This document shows positions 11,400 through 23,365 of a DNA stretch of 64,000 nucleotides, piece after piece (within the stretch, counting starts at the first letter, position 1; each line of letters begins with the position of its first letter). A program made the position numbers and the translations under genes. This DNA is from Cetorhinus maximus (taxonomy: Eukaryota), in assembly GCF_964194155.1 (NCBI RefSeq), contig NC_135896.1, positions 62,496,001-62,560,000 on the forward strand, read 5' to 3'. The notes beneath the pieces were generated by a model that worked only from the letters and a program-made list of their open reading frames with translations, made no database searches and was not told the origin of the DNA.

Positions 11400-14300
11400 G
11401 CGCCATTGGAGCGTGGGGAGAGGCGCTCCAAAAGGGGCAAAGCTGCCTTTGGTGCGCTCCTGCGTGCAGTTGGGTTAGACATGATCAACTAATTCCGACA
11501 CTGGGAAGAGGAGGAAGCCCAGGCAGACTCATGATCCATGGCCGACGAGGTCAACAGTGTTGATGTTGTGAGGAGGACCTTTTCCCAGTGCCACAAAAAG
11601 CTCAATGACCTCATGAGGTTGGCAATAGTGAGTATGGCATCAGTATGAGCAATAGTAATCCACTGTGATACAGGTCTTGCAAGCGCATGCAGTAGGTATT
11701 TGAGATTAGCTGCTCATGTTATGATGGCGGATGAAAGCCCTGAATTACTTACAGGTATATTGAACGTTCTACGTAAGACCTGTGGGTTTTTTTTTAAAAC
11801 TACCTAGAAGCAAAAGCTGGCTGAGACTGCAAAATAACCACTTGCTGGAAAATTCCAATGTGAATTACACTTGACCAACTAGTCCAGTGAACAGGATGTT
11901 GCACCTAAAAAGGTATCCAGGCCTACTTCACACACAGACGCTTCAAAGGAAAAGATGCATTGCCAAAACTGAACTGTAATCTCCTGTGGTTGCAGGGATA
12001 ATGAAGGCTCATTACCATCTCAGCAGAAAACATCTTCTGTGAGCTATATCCCAGACTGTAGACATGATGTGAGTTGAAAGAAAGCAATTTCTGGGCGAAA
12101 GACATGTTTGTTTTTTTCCCTTCCAGGAATACACATGAAAATGGGTTAAAAGCCAAATGCAACCCTGGTCTCTCCATGCTGGTTTTGGTGTTCCAGGCCT
12201 ATAAAGGTCACAGCTGAAGAACATCGACTGGGCATCCCTGTGCTTGCAGGTAAAAAAGTCCTCTCTCTCTGATTGCTGGAAGTATGTCACAAGTCAGCAA
12301 AACCACAGTCGGGAAGGAAACAGGACAACTCCTTTCAGCTAACCAGTAGAACCAAGAATCTCTAAACCCACTGCTCAACTGCCAAAGTCAGCTCCACTGG
12401 AGTCATCCAACTTAACGGCTGCAATGTTCCACCATCTACTCCTCATGCATAAACCAAAGATTGATTTGTATATCTTTTTAACTTTTATTTCTGGACTCAC
12501 TTCTCATTTCTAATCTGTATGTCGCATTTTTATTATTTTTACTTGTGCTTTAGTAACTAATAAACTCACTCTTTTTTTGACTCAAGAAAGCCTGGTTAAA
12601 TTGGCTTCTTTTAAAACATAAATACATTTGGACTGGGAAAAGGTGTCCACAAGGGAAGGGATCCTTTTTAAATTAACTTTGTTGCGACCAACTGAGGGGG
12701 TTCAATAAAGAAGGGGAGCCAGTTCATCCCTCCTCACCCGGGAGCATAACAAATTTGGGTACCTCGTCTTGGATCATAACAAATTGGGGGAACCTCACCC
12801 GGGGACTGGTCATAACACCCGACAAAAGTTGCATGTTTCCACAAGAGCACAGCTGTCCTAGATCATGCCATTGTGCATTCCAAGCAATGATCTAGTTAAA
12901 CAGCAGGCGGTTGGCAGGATCACCTTATGATGTCAAAGCATAGGCTTCAGTTGGGCACACGCTGATTTGATAATGGGATTGAGACATGACATTTAATAGT
13001 TTTAAATTGTTGATGAAATCTCTGTCAAATCTTTTCAGGAGAAATGAATCCACAACGCCTAAGAGTGAGCCTGTCTAGACAGTAGTATTCCCAACATGGA
13101 AGTCCTGACTCCTTTTGAGGAGCAGCAGCTGACCCTGCTGGAGCCCAACACATCCAGGATTGTAGGCAGTGGCAAGATTGGAGGGAGACCTGGTTCTGGT
13201 GAGATGGCAAAAGTATCAGACTGGTTGATAAGAGGAGATAGCTGGTGTTGGTTTAAAAGAGGTTAGGAAATATGCAATGTGTTTGGTGAATAAAGTTCAC
13301 ACTTTGGAACCTTAACAAGCTTCATCATCAGAGGCTTCACATCATCATACAAGGTTTCATAGTGTCTGCAGTGTTCATTCATGCATGCCAGGCTGTGGAA
13401 AGGTGTATGTGAGTCATATGATAGGGGTCATGCGTCAAGTAATCTGATACCTGATTACCCCCTTACTGATATTTCTCTGTTACAGGAGATGTCTCCAGCA
13501 CAGGCTGCAGCAGAGGTCGTGCAGCAACCAAGAGGAAGCCTCAGAGGGTGCAGCATCACATCTTCTCGTTGCACCCAGTACCATCGCAGATACTGGCACT
13601 TCAGCAGGGTTCAGTGCATTGGTTGGGGTCATGCACACACTGGTGAGGGCACTTCTCATTCACACATGCAGCTGCTGGACAGTGTGGTGGAGCAGGCCTT
13701 GGGCAGTTGGAGGAGTGTCTGAGATGATCCAGAGACTGATTCCAAATCATATGATGAGCCTCTGGAGTCGTCCATAAGGCGGCAGATGTTGGATGTTCAG
13801 TGTGAGGTCCATGAAGATTTGGCGGGTATACCAGAGGAGTTGCATGCTCTGACCCGGACTGTGGAGGTGTCCATCCAGGCCATGAGCGCTGTGATCACCT
13901 ACTCTTTGGAGCACCAGGCTTCCTTCATAGACAGACTGGCGACTGTCCTGGAGGGGTAAACTGAGCACATTGCAGACACAATCATCGGGATGCGGTCCAA
14001 CCTGCACTCCATCAACCTGACTGAGCTCAGGGGCACAGACCCAGGGCAACAGTATAACTAGGAGCTTGGTTTCTCACCCAGCTCCTGGAACCTCACCTGT
14101 TGGCAGGGAGGACCAACCAGTCATCGTGGCAGGGGATGAGTCGCAGCTGCATCCATCTGGAAGTTCCTCTCAAGGCACTTCTGGCAGAGGCAGCATCTCG
14201 TCCATTCATTGGCCATTGACACATGTCTCGACTGTTTCCGCAGTGACTCAGGACCCACATGCATCTCAGCAAGAGTGTCCTGAAGTGGCCGGCCACTCAA

Positions 14301-14420
14301 GGCCACAGCTGCACAGACACCCGCCAAAGTCAACCAGGGCAAGGGAGGTAGCAGATCAGATGTCTCTCTCCAGTGCAGCAGCAAGCAAGGGGGGATAACT
14401 GCACCAAAGCATTCATAAAC
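11400..14420 (+). pseudogene. Harbinger Myb/SANT-like DNA-binding protein remnant (spliced)
   Basis: MADEVNSVDVVRRTFSQCHKKLNDLMRLAI followed by gtgagt donor near 11628; acceptor tctctgttacag near 13485 then low-complexity/coiled-coil region (RRQMLDVQCEVHEDLAGIPEELHALTRTVEVS) like 56660-57600. Confidence 0.7.
11717..12817 (+). mobile_element. Solo LTR with triplicated 3' end
   Basis: tgttatga...tcataaca termini, ctataaa ~12199, aataaa ~12559; cataaca occurs three times (12745, 12775, 12811). TSD poor (ctca/cccg). Confidence 0.75.
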
Positions 14421-16513
14421 GTGTCTACAAATATCCACATCAGTCACAGACAGGGGCACATGGGTAACATTTTTCTTTAATGGTGTTGGAATGCTTTGAA
14501 GGCATGTGAATAAACACAAAATTCACATTCCCTCATGCTTATGTTCTTATTGGTAGCGCTGGCTGTGTGACTTGTGTCTGAAGGTTGAGGTAGGAAATCA
14601 AAGGTTGAGGGAGGGCAGAAGGAATTGTGTAAACATGTGGGTTGATGCAGGAGCTTTAGATGTAAGGGCTTCAGGACTCTCTCATTGCAGCTGGGAGATG
14701 AAGGGAAAATATTTCATTAAACCTGTTACTGCCTTTGAAGGACTGAGTCGTCTTCTGCATTGAGTCTCACTCAGTTGTAGGCAGCTAAATTACTGCCTGT
14801 ATACCCTTGGGGCGGCATAAGATCGTCTGCACCTCAATTGAGGGTTTCTAGGCTCCACCCGACCATTGGTGTTTGGTGCTGCTCTGTCCCCTTCCTGAGG
14901 ACCTACAGCATCCTGAGCCTCCCTGTGGTCCCTTATTCCGCTTACCTTTCTCCTCCTCCTCCTAATCCTCCTCTCCTAACTGGAGGTTGTGTCTCCAACA
15001 GAGAACACAATACCCATCCATCTCAAACTTTTCACCTTTCACCCCTGAGTTACGGACAGGAGAATATTCAATGAACTATCAAAAGAGCTCTCTGAATGAG
15101 AGTAAAGTCCTTCTAATGAGAAAATATCCAAAATGAAACCCTGCCCACTGAAATGAGCAGTCCCTGCAGTCAATGAGGTTCTGCCCTCAGCTGCAGTTTA
15201 AAAATCCATTAGACAAGCTTGCCTTTAAAAAAACGGATTCCCTTCCTGTCGTAAATCACACCCTGAAGGCGTGTTATTGCCTTCTGGCCGTATTATTCCA
15301 GTGAGATAGGGAGTTAATTGGGTTTTAAATTGCTATTTAAATGACCCGGCCAGGTTCCCGGCTCTTTGACCTGCCTGCGTATAGTATTCCCGTAAACTGA
15401 CATGATGATGTTGCGCATGGCGCACAACATCATCACACCCCATAATATGCTCCACAAAATGGGAAACGCTCCCAATCGCGGAGTGTATTATTCAGCCCTG
15501 TGTCTTTCCTACTTCACCCAAGCCCCAATCTTTAGCCTACTTCTCTTTTCAAGCCACTATCCCCCGACCCCATTCCCAACCACCACCCCCCACCGCTCCA
15601 GTATCCCTCTCTCACCCTGTGCCCTCATCCCTGAACCCATATTCCCTGGGTTGACTCTCTTACAATCCCTCTCCATACCCAACTCTCTCCCAGCTCCACA
15701 GTTTCCAGCACGCCTGCCAATGCTGGATCTCTATGGTAGAACCAGGGGGCGGGGTGTAGGGGTGGGTGATGTTATTGAGCCAGAGGCTTCTCTGCGGCTG
15801 CTGCCATTGCACAGGAAACTTAGAGGCGGGCCTATAATCCATGCCCCCATTCCAGGAGAGTCCTGGGCAATCCATGAAGGTTGGCCACCCTCAGCTGAAT
15901 TATAGCTGATTTTGGCCGTACTAACGCTTAATCACTGCAATCTTGCTATTCCACAACTAGCTGCAAGCACTGAATGAAGGTAATAAGACAAGTTGTTGCA
16001 TCTCTCGGCCCTAAATTTTAAAATCTAATGTTATGAAGGGCATTGTCAGATAATTTGCTTTTGTTGTTATTATTAGCAAATTTATATATTTCAAAGTGTG
16101 ACAAACAAGTTTCAGCAGGTAAAACTGAAGAATAAAACTTTTTCTTTTGAGAGTTATTTTACTTTTTTGATAAAATGGATGATTAAAAACCATGCTATAA
16201 AATGGTCTAAAATCTTTCATAAATGCCTGGCATTTTTGCTCTGCAAAGATAAAGGGTTCCATTGTTAATTAATTTACTAAAACTAATTAGAAACAATTGC
16301 ATCCAGCAATATTTGATGAGAAACTTCAAATCATTTTAAGTAGAAGGTTTCTACTGTACTTTGTGAAGGTGAACAAACTTCTACCTGCGAACATCTAGTC
16401 ATTTCAATACAAAGGACTCCTCCCAAAAACTGCCCCAAATTGTTTATAATTTCTCCACCTAAAAGAGAAATTCCAAACTTTTCAAATGAAAAAACCATCT
16501 GCTGGAGACATAC

Positions 16514-16733
16514 CATGTCAGATCTCCCAGACAGAAGACATGCTCGGGTGATGAATGCAGTGGACCTAACTTCGGAAGGCTCTCATTATGTTCAGCAGGA
16601 ATTGGCACATTTCCCAGTCCTAGATCCCAGTGCTCTAAAGCAGTTAAAAAGTTCAGTACCACTCCAGACTTGAGCAAACATGGTGGGTTTCCACTAGACT
16701 GCTTCCTCACTGGGAAAATCTGGAGCTTCTCCT
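16514..16733 (-). other. Candidate host exon (220 nt), unidentified
   Basis: Acceptor tttctaatttaacctatcttag, donor ATG|gtatgt, one open frame EKLQIFPVRKQSSGNPPCLLKSGVVLNFLTALEHWDLGLGNVPIPAEHNESLPKLGPLHSSPEHVFCLGDLT; non-repetitive context. Confidence 0.4.
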
Positions 16734-18299
16734 CTAAGATAGGTTAAATTAGAAACAATTCTTGCAGTGTTTGTTGTGAAAGCACTTTACTGTACTTTAC
16801 CCATAAGTGCTATTCTCCTTTAAATCTAATTTCACATTTAATTATTTTTTGAAGTGACAGCATTGGTGGTTCACAGAAGTTTCAGCAATAGTACAAAACT
16901 GTAAAATGTACAGGGAGCAAAATTGATAAGTTGCTAAAATAGATGCAGGGATTGTGATGCATGATTAATGTGTGCCCTCTCGTTGCAATGTAAGCAACAT
17001 GCAAACGCCGTGCTGCCTACTAATTTAAGTGATAGTGGCATGCAGGCCAGTACTAAATGCCCTGCTGAGTGGTTGCACACTTCAGCAGGGGCACAAGTTC
17101 ATGCAAGGATAGCACGACTTAAAGACAGCCTCCAACTCTTAAAGGGGAAGTACATTCCAGCTGGACCAGGTGCTGGGGAAAATAATCTGACCAGCAAGAA
17201 CAGTGGGTATGGTGCCATGTTGGCAGTGAGCATGCTCCAAGGTTCCCTGATGCAGTGCTGGAGGTGGACAGAAGGAGAGAGTTTGTCTATTCACAAGAGG
17301 CCACTAGAGACCAAAAAAGCTGTGGCTGCAGATAACTGTTGGAGTCAATGCTAGCAGTATAGCCCTGAGGATCTGGGCGTTGTGCTGCAACAGAATTAAG
17401 GACCGCACAGGAGTATTCAAGGTCAGAAAATCAATCTTCAGATGCCATGTCCTTACTAGGTTTAGACAATGCTCAATTCATCACTCCACCTTCATTCACC
17501 TGCCAACATTCTCTATCAATCACACTTCACATTCTGACCCTCACACATACACACTCCACTCTTGCAAGCCTCACATCCACACCTCACAGCTTCCACACAC
17601 TGCCAGCTACTCAACCAGGACAGGAACCACACCCAAACTGATTGCACTGCACTCACTGACACACATCCCTCTTTCTTGCAGGACAGGCAGAAGCAGCTAA
17701 AAGGCGGGGGATAGAGATGGATCCATATCCTCACCTTGATGGAGGAGATGGTGCTGAACAGGCAACTGAGGCTATAGCCAGAAGTTACTGAAGATGTTGG
17801 TATGTTCTACCTCATCAACCTTCACTTGCCTCTCGCTCCACAATTCCTTCTATTTACAAGCTGCAGATGGTGTAAGCCAGGAACTCTTGCTTTCCCTCCT
17901 TTCCTCACTGAAATCCTACCGCTGTGCATTTCATTTTCAGAATCACTGGTCAAGCACTGGTGCAGCAACATGGAGTCCAAGGGCCACAAGAAACTGATGA
18001 TGCTGTGACTCTGGAACTCTTTAAAGATGGCAGGCAGGTGCCAATTCTGGGATTCCCAACCCCTTCCTGGGCTGTCTAATTTTCAGGAGTGCCATTAAAG
18101 GGGGCAGGCCATTTCCTGTCAGAGGCCCACATCTGGCACTCCCAACCTGGCTGGCTCCATTGCGGAGACAAGTTTATCCAACTCCTCCACAATGCAGTCT
18201 GGCCAGATTTTTAAGGAGTCGTGGCTCACAGCCCCTTACAGGAGCTGTGAACCCTAGTGTGCATGAGGGGACCTTTTAAAAGATAAGTTCAAAAGGTCC

Positions 18300-18590
18300 C
18301 CCTCATGCATCCTATGACAATTTACACACCCCACCCACCCCCTATGTCCCCTCATGCCCCCTATGCCAACCTCTGCCTTTCCCCCCACCCCCATGGCCCC
18401 TCATTCCCCCAATGCTAAGCTCTGCCTTTCCACCCATGTACCCTTATGCCTCCAGGCCAAGCTGTGCCCTTCTATCCATCCATGTCCTCTCATGCCCCCA
18501 TGACAAGCTCTGCCCTTCTACCCATTCCATATGTCCTCTCATGCCCTCTATACCAAGCTCTGCCCTTCCACCCATCCCCTGCATCATGGG
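18300..18590 (+). repeat. Minisatellite ~40-45 bp (cctcatgcccctatgccaagctctgcccttccaccc)
   Basis: About six degenerate copies with recurring ccaagctctgcccttc core. Confidence 0.8.
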
Positions 18591-18722
18591 AAAGCCTGCT
18601 ATCCTAGCAAATTATCATGCACGTTGATTCTCTCTGGCAGACAGAATGCAATGTACTCCCCTCTCCTAGCATAAAGAGCATCAAAAACCTCCCTTATACA
18701 GCTGTGGAAGGCAAACTGGGAG

Positions 18723-19095
18723 ATTTCTTTCTTTGGGATGTGGGTATCGCTGGTAAGGCAAACATTTGTTGCCCATCCCTAATTGCCCTTGAACTAAATG
18801 GCTTGCTAGGGCATTTCAAAGGGCAGTTAGGAGTCAACCACATTGCTGTGAGTCTGGAGTCACATGCAAGTTAGAGCAGGTAAGGATGGCAGACTTCCTT
18901 CCAGAAAGGGCATTAGTGAACTCAATAGGTTTTTACAACAATCAATAATAGTTGTCACAGTCACCATTACGGATTTATTAATTGAATTTAAATTTCAACA
19001 ATACCTCGGTGGGATTTGAACCCATGCACCACAGCATTAGCCTGGGCCTCTGGATTACTAGTCCAGTGACATCATCACTGCAGCACCCTCTCCGC
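18723..19095 (-). mobile_element. tRNA-derived SINE
   Basis: Reverse B-box gggatttgaaccc near 19011, head near 19090; near-identical layout at 21725-22094; tail shared with LINE at 23366. Confidence 0.85.
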
Positions 19096-19099
19096 CATG

Positions 19100-20305
19100 A
19101 TGTTAGATATTAGAGATGTTGCTTGTTCCAGCCTTGGTAGATCCTGACATAACAAAATTCACGGGCACAGTCACCTTCACTGAAGCCACTGCCTTCAGTC
19201 CTCACCATAAAATCTGTTCCCTTGTCACTGACTCCATCCTTCTCCCTAATAACTGCTTGAGGCTGAACCAGACTGTTTGCAAACTTGGCATCAAGATGAG
19301 ATTTGAACCACATATTCGACAGCCTATTTCCCCATCTATAACATCACCCAACTCCTGTCTCAGCTCTTCTGCTGCTGAAACTCTCATCCATGCCTTTGTT
19401 ACCTCCGGACTTGACCATTCTAACACACTCCTGGTCAATCTCCCATATTCTGTTGTCTGTAATTTTGAGGTCATCCAAAACTCTGTTATCCATGACCTAA
19501 CTTGCATCAAATCCCATTCACCCATCATCCACATGTTCACTCACCTGCGCTAACTCCTAGTTAAGCTTTGATTGTAAAATTCTCATCTTTGTTTTAAAAT
19601 CCCTCCACAGCCTCACCCCTCCCCATCTCTGTAATCTCCTCCGGTCCCACAAACCTATGAGATATATGCACTCATCTAATTTTAGCCTCTTAAGCATCCC
19701 CAATTTTAATGGTTCCACCATTGATGGCTGTGCCTTGAGCTGCCTACACTCTAAGCTCTGGAATTTGCTCTCTAAACTTCTCTGGCTGGACCGTGCTTTC
19801 CTCCTTTAATTCTCTTCTTAAAGCTTACCTCTTTGGCAAAGTCTCTGACCATCTCCCCTAATATGGTGTGTTGTTGTGACTCAGTGAGTAGCATTCTTGC
19901 CTCAATTGCAAGGTTTCAAGTTCATGTTCCATCTCAGGGCTTGAGCACAAAAATCAAGGCTGACAGACTCGATGGGCCGAAGGGCCTTTTTCTGCGCTGT
20001 GGACCTCTATGACTATGACTCTATGACACTCCAGTGCAGTACTGAGGGAGCGCTGCACTGTCGGAGATGCCGTCTTTTGCATGAGACATTAAACCAAGGC
20101 CCTACATCTGCCTGCTAGGGTGGATGGAAAAGATCCCAGGGCTGGAAAGCATTTTGAGAGTTCCAATGGTTGTGAAAAGTGCTATATAAATGCAAGCCTT
20201 TATTCCTTAAAAGGCTCAGTTTCATGTATTGTTTTATAATGCCTCAATGAAGCGCCTGAAGATGTTTTATTACACTATAGGCGTTATATAAATGCAAGTT
20301 GTTCC
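19100..20305 (+). mobile_element. L2 LINE 3' fragment interrupted by a SINE
   Basis: SSSAAETLIHAFVTSGLDHSNTLLVNLP...IQNS; resumes ~20205 and ends gcgttatataaatgcaagttgtt. Confidence 0.85.
19866..20203 (+). mobile_element. Deu-domain SINE (SacSINE1/AmnSINE1-like) with 58-bp CR1 tail inserted at 19966-20023
   Basis: gtgcagtactgagggagcgctgcactgtcggagatgccgtctt..atgagacattaaacc core; L2-type tail gctatataaatgcaag; inner insert flanked by tgaca. Confidence 0.8.
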
Positions 20306-20649
20306 TGTTCACAGCCACTGGCAAGACCGTCCTTGCCCTGCTCTGAGGCTGCAAATGTTCCTGCAAGAGGTGGCAGGTTTCAATGAGCACGTCCTTCTTA
20401 AAATGGAGATGTCGCACCCACCATTCCTGGCTTAGGTTGAGGCAAGAAAATGCACCCTGAAGACTCTGTGTGAATACAGCCTCCTGCTGAGAGTCCTTCT
20501 CCCCCTCCTCCTGTGAGCAGGTTTTCATCCTCTTTGCCACCTCTGCTCAATCTCCCGGTCATGCTGCAGGCTGAGGGAGATAGACACTGCAGCATCCATG
20601 AGCAGAAAACTTAAAGTAAGATCTGAGGGCTTCACCATGTGCAACAGCT

Positions 20650-20890
20650 TCACCAAGTCTCAAAATGCTTTCCAGCCAGTGATGTATGTTTTGAAGTTAG
20701 TCACTGCACTAATGTAGGAAACGTAGCAGACAAAATGCGTTCACCAAACTCCCACGAATAACAATGCAATGGTGACCAGATAATCTGTTTATGTTGTTGA
20801 TTTGAAGGATAAACATTGACCAGGACACCAGGGATAACTCCCGTGTGGTTCTTTGAAATAATGCCTTGGGATCTTTTCCATCCATCCTGT
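20650..20890 (-). mobile_element. Deu-domain SINE fragment
   Basis: ccaggacaccagggataactccc..gggatcttttccatcca is the reverse of the Deu core and overlaps the 20120 copy. Confidence 0.7.
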
Positions 20891-21724
20891 AGATTACAGC
20901 AACTTTAAATAGCACTAAAAATCTCAAAGCACTTTTGTAAACTTAACAATAGCAAATAGAAATCAATAAGCAACTAACCTGAAAGTAATTGTTGATCCCT
21001 TTAAATAGCACTGGTGGAGGGTCCTTCCTGCTGCCAAACAGATGTTCAGCTGTGCTGTTTAAAAGAGAGCGTTATCCAGCGCAATGAGGCTGAGAACAGC
21101 GGCACTGGCATCAAATCAATGTTACATGCTTCTGGACAGATGCCTTATGCCCACATGAAAATGGTGCATGGCACCACATCAGAAGTGTGCACATGGGGTA
21201 GATACAATTTTGGTACCAAAATGCCATCCATAAACGTTGAACCAGCAGGCGGTACAGAGCCAAATGTTGCAACCATAAGTTTCTTAACTCTTACTTTTTA
21301 GATGTAATCCATTTTGCTTTCACCTATTTTTTAATTTTGAAATTGGTCAATAATTTAATAGGTTTTGAACATACAGCAGGGATAACACCCAGATTTTGCA
21401 GAAAACGACAAAGGAATGGCGCTTACCATTCATCTCACTGACAGCTATCCATAGGTTTTAGACCAGAGAGCTGTGAGCAGGGCAGAAACAGCAAGGCCCT
21501 TCAACCAAAATGAAGAATACTCAATAAAACATCCAGGGGCCTAAGTTGGATAGCCTGAAATTGAGCACAGGGATGGTGATGTGTGATTAATCCCCCCCAC
21601 AGAGATAGCAATGCAGGCAGCACACCCACTTCATGCCGCCTACTCATTTGAGTGATGTCTATGCACTAACTGCATTGTTCATGGGCTGGATGCATCAGCA
21701 GCAGACCAATATCCTGAGCTTTGG

Positions 21725-22094
21725 TTTTTTTAAATTTGTTAAAGGGATGTGCATGTTGCTGGCTAGGCCAGCATTCATTGCCCATTCCTAACTGCCCTTG
21801 AGAACTGAGTGGCTTGCTAGGCCATTTCAGAGGGCATTTAAGAGTTGACCACAAGTCACATGTAGGCCAGACCAGGTAAGGACGTCAGATTGTCTTCCCT
21901 AAAGGACATTAGTGAACCAGATGGGTTTTTATGACAATTGACAATGATTTCATGGTCATCATTAGACTTTTAATCCAGATTTTTAAAAAATTAAATTCAA
22001 ATTTCACCATCTGCCATGGTGGGATTCGAACCCCAGTCCCCAGGGCATTACCCTGGCTAGCTGGATTACTTGTCCAGTGACAATATCACCTCCC
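21725..22094 (-). mobile_element. tRNA-derived SINE (same family as 18723)
   Basis: gggattcgaacccc reverse B-box; colinear with 18723-19095. Confidence 0.87.
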
Positions 22095-22109
22095 AAAGCA
22101 AGCACCAGA

Positions 22110-22645
22110 GAATCATAGAATGATTCAAGCATGGAAGGGGATCATTCGACCTGTTGTGTCTTGTGTTGGCCTTCTGAAGGAGCAGTTCACCTAGTGCCAC
22201 TCCCCCCACCTTCTCTTCATCATCCTGGCACACTCTTTCTTTTCAGTTAATGATCCAATTCCCTTTTGAAAGCCTCAATTGACCCTGCCTCCACCACGCT
22301 CTCAAACAGCGTATTCCAGATCCTAACCACTCACTGTGTGAAAAAGCTTTTCCTCATGTCACTTTTGCTTCTTTTGTTAATTACCTTAAATTTATGCCCT
22401 CTGGCTCTCAATCATTCCACCAGTTTCTCCCTATCCACTCTGTCCAGATCCCTCATGATTTTGAATACCTCTATCAAATCTCCTCCCAATCTTCTCTTCT
22501 CCAAGGAAAACAGTCCCAACTTCTCCAATCTTTCGACTTAATTGAAGTTCCTCGTCACCAAGTTACTTAAACACAATTTGCTCTTAATAAATCCATGCAG
22601 GCTTTTCTTAATTAATACACATTTGCCTGAGTGACTATTAATTTT
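22110..22645 (-). mobile_element. CR1 fragments
   Basis: agaatcatagaat tail; ILNTSIKSPPNLLFSKENSPNFSNLS antisense signature. Confidence 0.82.
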
Positions 22646-22650
22646 GTATA

Positions 22651-22830
22651 TTGCTGAAAAGAGAAACAGGTTGCCAAAGCTTTTCATTTTGCACTCAACA
22701 GGACAGAGACAAGAATGCCAAATTTCAAATGATCACAGCAATTTGTACTACAGCAGAAAAGGGTACTGATTAGTTGGCAAGTCAACTGTTAATGACTGAT
22801 GTGTTGCCATGGAGAAAGCAATGGGGAACT
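22651..22830 (-). mobile_element. Single-arm relative of the hammerhead-bearing foldback element
   Basis: ta|ttgctgaa...aagcttttcattttgcactcaacaggaca...gtgttgccatggagaa colinear with 63156-63300. Confidence 0.75.
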
Positions 22831-23365
22831 ACAGGCCCCCTAAGCTCACAGGTAATTTAGAAAAAGATGCTGCAAAGCTTGTACATATTGGGATGGATTT
22901 TGACTCCTGAGGTGGGTAGCTCAAATCGTAAAGTTCTGTGTGCACCAGCCTTGGAAAGAAGTGCCTGATGTGGCGTGGCTTTTCACTCCAGGGGTGGGGG
23001 GTGCAGGCAGGGCGGAGGTGGATGTGGGATGAAGTCAGGTCCACCGGCACAGATTGGAGACAGCCACAGGGACTGCCGAGTGCGAGGCGGGCTGGTAAAA
23101 GGCCCACTTCGGTTCTCTGGCTCTTTATCCCAGTTGTTTTCTTAAATATTAGGCTCTCTAGCCCTCACCCCTCACAGTCCCTCGCCCACCTACACAAACT
23201 CCACATGTACCATCTAAACCAACTCATGCCAACCCATTCCCACCACACACTCTAATAAGCCCTCATACCCAGCATGCCAACCCATGATCCACACTCATTT
23301 CCATTGCCCACTATAGCCTCCATGGCCAACTCATCACCGTGGCCCCTTAAAGCCCCAATGCCAAC

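Larger units (their letters stand above)
10924..15498 (+). mobile_element. PIF/Harbinger deletion derivative carrying Myb/SANT gene remnant
   Basis: TIRs ggactgaataa / ttattcagccc, perfect TGT TSD (10921-10923, 15499-15501); Myb remnant inside. Confidence 0.8.
16913..21274. mobile_element. Old internally deleted Harbinger element with nested inserts
   Basis: Myb remnant on + (~17230-17420: HAPRFPDAVLEVDRRRE; VNASSIALRIWALCCNRIKD); transposase N-terminus on - (20306-20600: VRHLHFKKDVLIETCHLLQEHLQPQSRARTVLPVAV); degenerate TIRs, flanks aca/ata. Confidence 0.65.

Noticed and set aside
18990-19095. tRNA genes (also 22010-22094, 52196-52270)
   Set aside because: Degenerate SINE heads without an intact cloverleaf.
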